A stretch of 57,379 bases of DNA from an uncultured Candidatus Saccharibacteria bacterium. GTDB lineage: Bacteria > Patescibacteriota > Minisyncoccia > UBA6257 > 2-01-FULL-56-20. The position numbers were made by a program, and so were the translations under genes. The stretch lies in contig CAYHZA010000001.1 in the NCBI GenBank assembly GCA_964361095.1, positions 67,456-124,834 of the forward strand, written 5' to 3'. The notes under the pieces were generated by a model. That model worked only from the letters and a program-made list of their open reading frames with translations. It had not been told where the DNA came from and ran no database searches. Shown piece by piece: positions 43,772 through 51,451 of this stretch. Numbering within the stretch: position 1 is the first letter of the stretch; each line of letters begins with the position of its first letter.

Positions 43772-43925
43772 ATACAAAAAGTTCGACTCTCGGGTCCAAT
43801 ACGATTAGCGAACTTTTGAAATAAATTTATGAATAAGAAATCATCAAATAAATGGGATCAGTGTTTAATCGACAAACGAGATTTGGCTAATAAAATCCTT
43901 GCTCAAATGAAAAGAATATAAAAAT

Positions 43926-44747
43926 ATGGATATAACTTTTTACAATATTTATGAAAAATCCTCAGAGATTTTTAACGGGCATACCATTAACCTAAAAAAG
44001 TGTGGTTGGTGCGATCCGTGGACGATGGGCTTGGTTTGCCTTAAAGCAATTGAATATAAGGATAGCCCTGATAAAAAGCTCATACTTCCGGACGATCAGG
44101 ATGTCGTTGCTTACTTGAAGCGCATGCACCTCGATTGGTTTTTAGAAGAACTGACATATCACGAGTTCCTCAAGCTGTTGGCGGAAAAAGCGATAGTTGA
44201 GAGAGAAAATTTGAACATTCACGAAATTATGCACTGCCAATTTCGCGATGATTTCGGAGCGCGGCTGTCATCGAGAATTAGGATGATGTTTAGAAACTTT
44301 GGTATGAATGCAGATGATGAGAGTAGGGCGACGGCATTGGTCGGAGAGTTAGGGAACAATGTTTTTGATCACAACGAGGGAGCGTGGCCTACAAATGTGC
44401 GTGGTGCAATTATCTTGGGTCAGCACAATCCAAAGAAAAAACAGATTGAAGTTGTAGTCGCAGATCCAGGAATAGGTTTTCGTGGTTCATTGAAAGTGTT
44501 AGATCCGTCTCTTACGAGCGACATAGAAGCAATTAAGCTTGGTCTTAGCGGTGTAACAGGAAGAGTTGATGAGCGTCGTGGTAATGGGTTAAGAGTGATT
44601 CAGGACTGGACAATCAATAAGTTTGATGGTATTGTAAAAATCCATTCGGGAAGCGGTTTAGTTGTTGTAGACAAGGATGGCCAGAAGCCACAAACCGTTT
44701 TTCCTGTCATAGGAACTTTAGCTTCATTCGTGGTAAGATATAAATAA
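43926..44747 (+). CDS. GHKL-superfamily (SpoIIAB/RsbW-like HATPase_c) ATP-binding protein with a unique N-terminal domain
   Basis: 273 aa with N-box ELGNNVFDH, G1 box ADPGIGF and G2 box RRGNGL. The N-terminal ~130 aa has no recognisable motif. Confidence 0.7.
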   Translation: MDITFYNIYEKSSEIFNGHTINLKKCGWCDPWTMGLVCLKAIEYKDSPDKKLILPDDQDVVAYLKRMHLDWFLEELTYHEFLKLLAEKAIVERENLNIHEIMHCQFRDDFGARLSSRIRMMFRNFGMNADDESRATALVGELGNNVFDHNEGAWPTNVRGAIILGQHNPKKKQIEVVVADPGIGFRGSLKVLDPSLTSDIEAIKLGLSGVTGRVDERRGNGLRVIQDWTINKFDGIVKIHSGSGLVVVDKDGQKPQTVFPVIGTLASFVVRYK

Positions 44748-44761
44748 CTTTAGCCACCTCT

Positions 44762-45028
44762 ATGGTCATACAAATATCCAAATTTAACAGTGTTTTGAAC
44801 GGGAGGCCTGCTGCAAAGGAGGCTGCTTTGCGTATCCAGCAGATTGTTAATGGATCGGCGGAAAAAGAAGATGTTGTATTGGACTTCTCCGGTGTTGAAG
44901 TTTTAACCCCGTCTTATGCGGACGAGTTATTAAAAGCGTTGAAAGACAAGTATGGCTCGGAAAAAGTTAAGATTGTGAATACTGCTCCGTCTGTATCGGA
45001 AACGATACACGCGATTAGCAATACCTAA
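44762..45028 (+). CDS. STAS-like (DUF4325) small protein
   Basis: 88 aa. ...VVLDFSGVEVLTPSYADELL is the typical DUF4325/STAS-like core. It starts 14 nt after the ATPase gene. Confidence 0.65.
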   Translation: MVIQISKFNSVLNGRPAAKEAALRIQQIVNGSAEKEDVVLDFSGVEVLTPSYADELLKALKDKYGSEKVKIVNTAPSVSETIHAISNT

Positions 45029-45100
45029 ACTCTTAAGTTCTTAGCGACTTGGGGTGTATTTCAAGCGTGCAGAGACACTTGTGTTTTTTGCGTACCTTCA

Positions 45101-45360
45101 TAGAAAAAGGGAATATGGATGTGGAAATAACGATTGATGCGATGCACAACATCCAGAAATATAACGCAGCCATCTTTTTTAGTGGCGATGCTGATTTTCT
45201 GGCGCTCGTGAATTATTTGAAAAATGCCGGCAAAAAGGTCTACATTTTTTCTTCAAAAGGTAATATTTCTCACGAACTAAAAACTGGCGGGGATGGTTAT
45301 TATGAGTTAAAAGATATAAATGAATTTTGGGGTAAAGATTTAAAACATCGCGAGAAATAA
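45101..45360 (+). pseudogene. 5'-truncated duplicate of the NYN gene
   Basis: Encodes only the C-terminal ~85 aa (EKGNMDVEITIDAM...KHREK) of 42949..43494, with one V-to-A change. The N-terminal catalytic half is missing. Confidence 0.8.
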
Positions 45361-45569
45361 ATAATACATAAACGAAAACCACCCTCAATTAAGAGAGTGG
45401 CCCTGGGATGTATAACCCTAACGGTTCTATGGATAGAACCGAAAGACCTTATTAGTATATGCGAGCCGTCGCATAAGTCAATAGTTATCCACAAGCAACA
45501 TTGAACCCTCGAAAGGGGTTTTCACATTTCAATCATCCCGAGGGCCCCGTAATTTGGTATATTTAAGCT

Positions 45570-45848
45570 ATGCCAAAAGACCCCAAAGACCTGCGGATCA
45601 TAACCCAAATAGCCCAGTTCATTCTTCTTGTGCCGGTTATGCTAGTCCTGTTTCTTTTACTATTCACTGGCTATAGTCAAATTTTCATCGACCAAGATCG
45701 TGACTGTATAATCTATGACCGATTCCCACCGGAAGCTGAAAGAAAAGCGGCGATTGAGGCATTTCAACGAAATACCGTCGAGGGGTTAGTAAAAATTGAC
45801 GAGATTATTGCTAAATACCCGCCGATCATAAAGTGCCCGAAATCATAA
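45570..45848 (+). CDS. small single-pass membrane protein, copy B
   Basis: 92 aa, identical to copy A except for the last residue (S instead of L). Confidence 0.6.
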   Translation: MPKDPKDLRIITQIAQFILLVPVMLVLFLLLFTGYSQIFIDQDRDCIIYDRFPPEAERKAAIEAFQRNTVEGLVKIDEIIAKYPPIIKCPKS

Positions 45849-45974
45849 CCGGAATCTGCAACGAACCCATCTGTTCGCTAATTTTTCTCCAATTTACAGT
45901 TCTAAGTGTTCCGAGGCGTTTTGCGCCGAAGGGCTATTTTGATTTATCCTCCGTGACGTTTAGTTTTCTACCAG

Positions 45975-46003
45975 TGGAATTTTATTAAAAAACGTGGTAT
46001 AAT
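45975..46003 (+). promoter_or_regulatory. promoter cassette copy L4
   Basis: Same string as L1 and L3. The leader up to the ATG at 46061 is collinear with the L3 leader. Confidence 0.6.
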
Positions 46004-46060
46004 ATACAAAAAGTTTGATTCTCGAGCCCCATACAATTAGTGAGCTTTTGAAATAAATTT

Positions 46061-49000
46061 ATGGAAAACATTTTTGAAAAATACATTCACTCTATTTCCT
46101 CTAAATTCTCTCACGAAGAGACAAGTGAAATGGGGTATCGAACAGATTTTGAAATTCTCCTAAAGGGCATTTTTGAATCAATCAATGTTAGGCGCATCGA
46201 TCATGACGCGAGGGCGAAGCAAGGAAATAAACCCGATTTTGTCGTGCTTAATCACGATGTGCCGATTTTGTATATTGAGGCGAAAGATATCGGCGTATCT
46301 TTAGATAAAGTTGAGAAGTCGGAACAGATGGCCAGATATTACGGGTATGCAAATTTAGTTCTTACAGACTATGTAGAATTTCGTTTTTATAGAAACGGTC
46401 TTCATTATGAAGATCCGATAAAAATAGCGAATTACGATACAAAGAATCGAACGATTGCACCTATTCCGGAAAATTATGAGCATGTTGCTAAAACACTCAT
46501 TGATTTCGCACAATCACACAAAGAACCGATACGGTCAGGAAAACACCTTGCAAAAATTATGGGAGGAAAGGCTCAAAGAATCCGAGATAATGCGCGACAA
46601 TTTCTTGCCACAGAATCAGACAAAAATTCCGAACTCGTCAGAATATATGAGACAATCAAGAAACTTCTTGTCCACGATCTAACACACGAATCCTTTGCAG
46701 ATATGTACGCACAGACGCTCGTTTATGGTCTTTTTATCGCTCGTTATTATGATAATACAGAAAAAGATTTTTCACGTCGGGAAGCAATTGATCTTATTCC
46801 GGCTTCAAATCCATTTTTGGGACATTTTTTTGACCACATTGCTGGGCGAAATTTTGAGAAACGGCTCGGGTATATTGTGGATGAACTGTGTGAGGTTTTT
46901 TCTCACGCTAATGTTCAAGAACTCATGCAGGAGTATTTCAAGGATGATTTATGGGGTAAAACTCATATGGGCCCAGATCCAGTAATTCATTTCTATGAAG
47001 ATTTTTTGAAAGAATATGACGATGTCTTGCGTAAAAAAATGGGTGCTTACTATACGCCCCTACCTGTGGTGCAGTTTATTGTGCGTTCCGTTGATCATCT
47101 ACTTGAAAAAGAATTCGGGCTTGTAGCCGGTTTAGCCGACACTTCAAAGACAGCGGCTGGTGTCCATCGTGTCCAAATTCTTGATCCGGCTGTAGGTACG
47201 GGTACATTCATAAGCGATGTTATAGGGAAAATCTACACACGAATAAAGAAAGGTGGACAGGAAGGCCGTTGGCCAGCATATGTGCATAATGATTTGTTAC
47301 CACGACTGCATGGTTTTGAACTTATGATGGCACCGTATACGATAGCTCATCTAAAATTAAGTATGGCGTTTAAGAAAACGGGTTTTTGGAATTTCCATCG
47401 CCGGCTTGGCATTTATCTTACAAACTCTCTCGAAGAAAGCGTCACCCAGAAAGGCTTGTTTAGTGGTTTTGGCTTTGCCGAAAGTATTGCCGAGGAATCC
47501 AAAGAAGCATCAGTTATAAAGAACAAAACGCCGATTATGGTTGTTATCGGCAATCCGCCGTATAGCGTTAGTTCTTCAAATAAAGGTGAGTGGATACAAA
47601 ATCTTATCAAGGACTACAAGAAAGGCCTTGGCGAGCGCAAGATCAACCTCGATGATGACTACATAAAATTCATCCGCTTCGCCGAACACTTTATAGAAAA
47701 AAACGGAAGTGGTATCGTGGCGATGATTACGAACAACTCATTCATAGACGGCATTACCCATCGCCAGATGAGAAGGCATCTGCTTGAGACATTTGATGAC
47801 ATTTATATTCTTGACCTCCACGGTAGTTCCAAGAAGAAAGAAAAGGCGCCGGACGGAGGCAAGGATGAGAATGTGTTTGATATTCAACAGGGCGTTTCCA
47901 TTTCCATATTCATGCGCAAAACAGGCGAGAAAAAAGGCCTTGGCGCTGTTCATCACGCCGAGTTATATGGTAAGAGAGAGGATAAATTCAGGGTACTTAA
48001 CGAAAACGGTATGCAAAATGTTAATTGGGAAAAGCTCAATTACTCCGAGCCGTATTATTTCTTTGTGCCAAAAGATTTTGGATCGGAAGAAGAATATAAA
48101 AAAGGATTCAAAATTGATGAGCTTTTCCCGCACTGTAATTCGGGAATTCAGACAAAACGTGATGATATAGTAATTCAATTTACTGCAGAAGAAATCGAAA
48201 AAGTTACTAATGATTTTCAGAATTTTACAGAACATCAAATACGAGAAAAATATCAATTACCAGAAGATGGGCGAGATTGGAAAATAAAATGGGCTCAAGA
48301 TGACTTAAGAAAGAACTTTAGTATAGAACCAATTCAGTATCGTCCTTTTGATGTCCGCTATACCGCATATACCGGGAATTCAAAAGGTTTTATAGCTTAT
48401 CCGAGAGAAAAAACCAATGTGAATATAGTTAATAAAGAAAATATCGCTTTGCTTTCTAGTCGTACTATTCCAGCAAATCAATCATTTGATAGATCCCTCA
48501 TAACTAAAAATATTGCAGATATTCATGCCGCAAGTGATCAGACATATGTTTTCCCACTTTGGATTTATGAGAAAGGGAAAATGGGTGCATCGGGGACTAT
48601 TGAATTTGAACGACAGCCAAACCTTCAATTGTCTATTGCAAGAAAAATAGCAGAATGTGTGGGGATGGATTATTATCCAATCGCAGAACATGAGACTATT
48701 CCGATAGACAAGCGTCTTATTCCCGAAGATATTTTTGATTATATCTATGCCGTTTTATACTCGCCGAGCTATCGTGAAAAATATAAGGAATTTCTAAAAA
48801 TTGATTTCCCGTGTGTGCCGTACCCTAAAGACGCAAAAAGTTTCAAACAACTTGTCGCGCTTGGCGCCGAACTGTGTTCACTCCACCTTCTCGAATCACT
48901 AAAGGTAAATCAATTCATCACGACATACCCTGTTGCTGGATCAAATATCGTCGAGAAGCCAATCTACAAAGATGGCAAGGTGTTTATTAATAAAAACCAG

Positions 49001-49183
49001 TATTTCGGCAATACTCCCGAGTTAGCATGGAATTTTTACATCGGCGGTTACCAGCCCGCCCAAAAGTGGCTCAAAGACCGCAAAGACCGTACCCTTACCA
49101 ACACCGACATTGAGCATTATCAAAAAATTATTGTGGCGATAGTGGAAACGGAGAGAATCATGAGAGAAATAGATAAATGTTGA
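46061..49183 (+). CDS. fused type IIG / ISP-like restriction-modification enzyme (N-terminal PD-ExK nuclease, gamma-class N6-adenine MTase, C-terminal specificity domain)
   Basis: 1040 aa. PDFVV...ILYIEAKD (D...ExK), motif I ILDPAVGTGTF, motif IV GNPPYS. C-terminal IFDYIYAVLYSPSYREKYKEFLKIDFPCVPYP and GGYQPAQKWLKDRK. Confidence 0.8.
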   Translation: MENIFEKYIHSISSKFSHEETSEMGYRTDFEILLKGIFESINVRRIDHDARAKQGNKPDFVVLNHDVPILYIEAKDIGVSLDKVEKSEQMARYYGYANLVLTDYVEFRFYRNGLHYEDPIKIANYDTKNRTIAPIPENYEHVAKTLIDFAQSHKEPIRSGKHLAKIMGGKAQRIRDNARQFLATESDKNSELVRIYETIKKLLVHDLTHESFADMYAQTLVYGLFIARYYDNTEKDFSRREAIDLIPASNPFLGHFFDHIAGRNFEKRLGYIVDELCEVFSHANVQELMQEYFKDDLWGKTHMGPDPVIHFYEDFLKEYDDVLRKKMGAYYTPLPVVQFIVRSVDHLLEKEFGLVAGLADTSKTAAGVHRVQILDPAVGTGTFISDVIGKIYTRIKKGGQEGRWPAYVHNDLLPRLHGFELMMAPYTIAHLKLSMAFKKTGFWNFHRRLGIYLTNSLEESVTQKGLFSGFGFAESIAEESKEASVIKNKTPIMVVIGNPPYSVSSSNKGEWIQNLIKDYKKGLGERKINLDDDYIKFIRFAEHFIEKNGSGIVAMITNNSFIDGITHRQMRRHLLETFDDIYILDLHGSSKKKEKAPDGGKDENVFDIQQGVSISIFMRKTGEKKGLGAVHHAELYGKREDKFRVLNENGMQNVNWEKLNYSEPYYFFVPKDFGSEEEYKKGFKIDELFPHCNSGIQTKRDDIVIQFTAEEIEKVTNDFQNFTEHQIREKYQLPEDGRDWKIKWAQDDLRKNFSIEPIQYRPFDVRYTAYTGNSKGFIAYPREKTNVNIVNKENIALLSSRTIPANQSFDRSLITKNIADIHAASDQTYVFPLWIYEKGKMGASGTIEFERQPNLQLSIARKIAECVGMDYYPIAEHETIPIDKRLIPEDIFDYIYAVLYSPSYREKYKEFLKIDFPCVPYPKDAKSFKQLVALGAELCSLHLLESLKVNQFITTYPVAGSNIVEKPIYKDGKVFINKNQYFGNTPELAWNFYIGGYQPAQKWLKDRKDRTLTNTDIEHYQKIIVAIVETERIMREIDKC

Positions 49184-49206
49184 ACAAATGATTTTAGCAT
49201 AAAATT

Positions 49207-49557
49207 ATGAGTAATTATCCTAGAGGTTCAGAATGGAAAAAGTGGGATTTGCATGTTCACAGCCCTGCTTCACGTGGTTTTAGTGGGACATGGGATCAAT
49301 TTGAAACGCAGTTGAAAAACGGAGATTGTGAAGTCATAGGTATAAATGACTATTTTTCTGTTGCAGGATATAAAAAAATTAAGGAAAAAATTTCAGCGGG
49401 GACTTTAGATATTGGCGACAAGAAAATATTGCCCGTTGTTGAATTTAGAATGCGGGATGTTTTAAAAAACAGACAAACTGGTACTAGCGGTACTAATATA
49501 AATTTTCATGTAACCAGGGTTCAGAAGTTTTATAATTTCAAAAAGATTGCCACATAG
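49207..49557 (+). pseudogene. truncated PHP-domain N-terminus of a PHP + ATPase (TrlF-like) gene
   Basis: 116 aa. GSEWKKWDLHVHSPAS, IGINDY, LPVVEFR and NINFHV follow the PHP pattern. The frame then ends abruptly where full-length relatives continue for several hundred residues. Confidence 0.55.
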
Positions 49558-49558
49558 T

Positions 49559-50398
49559 ATGAAAACAATATTTTTAGGTCTTAAGTTACTAGTCTCTTTG
49601 GTAATCATCGAATTTAGGAAGCCTCCTTATTTGCGTAGTAAACCGATTAGTTTAAAAAGATTAGTAATGGGACCCCTAATATTGTCACGTTTTATTAAAG
49701 TGACGAAGCACTTTATTCACTTTGTGACTACACAAAAACAACAAGAAGAAATAATATACTGGTTTTTCCAGATGAGCAGTCTAATCGAAAAGGGCTTTGA
49801 TGATAAAGATAATTCTGTAATACTAACACCAGAAAACTTCCCCGATATTATAATGCTCAAGAATATCGACTATAAAGATGCCCTCGTTGGTGAACTCACA
49901 GATATAATTCGTCATATCAAAAAACTTACATCGAGTAATAATTATGATAACTTCGAAAGTAATATCATAAAAACTTGGCTGACCCATAAAGTGAGGGACG
50001 TTAAACAAGCAGGTGACAAAACAATTTCTCTTGATGATGCATTGAGATCCGCTGAGGATAGGGGAGGTTTCTATTTTCTTGCGCTTGTATATTTGCTTAA
50101 TCCGACAAATTTAGATAAAAACTCGGAGCGTCTAGTGCGTTTAAGTGGAGCCTGGTTTCAGATTATAGATGATTACGATGACCGAAAAAAAGACGTTGGT
50201 AACCGAAGCACTCCATTTACGGTTCCATCAAATAATTCTCATAAAGAAATGCGCAAAAAATATATGGCAAAGTATCAAAAACAAATTCAAACTATAACCT
50301 CTTCTCGAATCCATCCGCTTATTATATTTTTTCGTGGTCTTGCTGGTTTAGTTACTATAAAACCCATAATCCTTGGCGAAAAATCTGATTGGCATTAA
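49559..50398 (+). CDS. hypothetical protein with polyprenyl-synthase-like aspartate-rich motif
   Basis: 279 aa from ATG 49559. N-terminal hydrophobic helix. WFQIIDDYDDRKKDVGN resembles the second FQ..DD..D motif of trans-prenyltransferases. There is a weaker SSLIEKGFDDKD about 120 aa upstream. Very AT-rich. Confidence 0.4.
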   Translation: MKTIFLGLKLLVSLVIIEFRKPPYLRSKPISLKRLVMGPLILSRFIKVTKHFIHFVTTQKQQEEIIYWFFQMSSLIEKGFDDKDNSVILTPENFPDIIMLKNIDYKDALVGELTDIIRHIKKLTSSNNYDNFESNIIKTWLTHKVRDVKQAGDKTISLDDALRSAEDRGGFYFLALVYLLNPTNLDKNSERLVRLSGAWFQIIDDYDDRKKDVGNRSTPFTVPSNNSHKEMRKKYMAKYQKQIQTITSSRIHPLIIFFRGLAGLVTIKPIILGEKSDWH

Positions 50399-50472
50399 TT
50401 AAGCATTAAACACTCAGCAATACATCCACTCATGAACGCTCAACATAACAAAACAGAGCATCAAAAGTTGAA

Positions 50473-50700
50473 TTGATCGGCGGAGATGGAGAACGAATAT
50501 ACATCCGCATTGGCACCATTTTTGCTTTTGTGGATGACCCCAAAAAGAAATTTGAATCGGTTGGTCATACGTTTCACGTTACCTCTGAACAGTTCAATGA
50601 AATGGTCTTTTTCGATACCGCAGAAGAAGCGAAGGCGGCAGGGTATAAGAAATCAGTCCTATCGGAAATAAGAAAAATTTTGCGTGATCTTCTGCCCTAG
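50473..50700 (+). CDS. hypothetical small protein or gene fragment
   Basis: 75-aa ORF with a TTG start only. FFDTAEEAKAAGYK resembles the tail of Ada-like or sunset-type metal-binding domains but lacks their cysteines. Confidence 0.3.
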   Translation: MIGGDGERIYIRIGTIFAFVDDPKKKFESVGHTFHVTSEQFNEMVFFDTAEEAKAAGYKKSVLSEIRKILRDLLP

Positions 50701-50718
50701 CAGCCGTTTCATGACAAT

Positions 50719-50746
50719 ATTCCAACATTCTGCAGAATGTTGGAAT
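50719..50746. promoter_or_regulatory. perfect 28-bp palindrome, candidate ArsR-type operator
   Basis: ATTCCAACATTCTG|CAGAATGTTGGAAT, just upstream of a TGATATGAT extended -10 and the regulator's ATG at 50790. Confidence 0.6.
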
Positions 50747-50789
50747 GTGGTGGGCAAAAATGATATGATGAGCGTATTGTGAAGACGAC

Positions 50790-51056
50790 ATGAAAACTTC
50801 GAAACAATTGGAGCGATACTTTAAGGGAGCGGCGAATCACCGGCGCATTAGTATTTTATGTGCAGTGGCAGCGCGCGAAGGGATTACCGTCGAGGAGATC
50901 GCCACAACGCTCAATGCGAATTTTAAAACCATCTCCCAGCATACCAAGTCGCTTGTGCAAGCGGGCTTGATGAATAAAACATATCAAGGCCGGCAAGTTA
51001 CCCATGCGCTTTCTCCCTACGGCAGATCCTTCTTTCGTTTCATGAAAATATTCTAA
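50790..51056 (+). CDS. ArsR/SmtB-family winged-helix transcriptional regulator
   Basis: 88 aa. ...ANHRRISILCAV......VEEIA..L......ISQHTK.L..AGL is a typical ArsR HTH. Confidence 0.7.
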   Translation: MKTSKQLERYFKGAANHRRISILCAVAAREGITVEEIATTLNANFKTISQHTKSLVQAGLMNKTYQGRQVTHALSPYGRSFFRFMKIF

Positions 51057-51080
51057 CATTCTGCAGAATGTTAGAATATT
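51047..51080. promoter_or_regulatory. perfect 34-bp palindrome, second candidate operator
   Basis: AATATTCTAACATTCTG|CAGAATGTTAGAATATT overlaps the regulator's stop codon. It lies ~45 nt upstream of a GATATACT -10 for 51151..51360 and differs from the first palindrome by one symmetric position. Confidence 0.6.
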
Positions 51081-51150
51081 TATAAGTAACGTGAGTAGCG
51101 CAGGATGGTTTGATATACTGAAGGTATATACCCCCCGCGGATAAATCTCG

Positions 51151-51360
51151 ATGGATAACTTACATATCGCATCTGAAAAAAGAATAAAAATTGTAATCGG
51201 AATTCTTGGATTCTCTTTTTTGTTTCTCATCTACCACATCGCGGACGTAATGTTCGTAGCACCCGCTTTTCTTGAGTCAAGCATTGCTCACGCTCCGAGA
51301 GAAGAGCCGATGGGCACACTAAGCCTTGCGGAGTTTATGAGCCGAAGCCATAGCGAGTAG
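51151..51360 (+). CDS. small membrane protein, paralog 1
   Basis: 69 aa. SEKRIKIV.GILGF.FLFL.YHIA.VM.VAPAF....IA.APRE.PM.TLSL.EFM is shared with 52756..52989. Confidence 0.55.
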   Translation: MDNLHIASEKRIKIVIGILGFSFLFLIYHIADVMFVAPAFLESSIAHAPREEPMGTLSLAEFMSRSHSE

Positions 51361-51451
51361 CGGGGTGGGGTAAATATAGAGAAAGACTAGGGTAATTGGG
51401 GTTATCCACAATTCGTTGCTTTTTCAGGCTGGGGTGTGTTATATTAAAAAA

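Larger units (their letters stand above)
45527..46006 (+). repeat. ~480-bp segmental duplication, copy B
   Basis: See 40846-41325. Confidence 0.9.
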
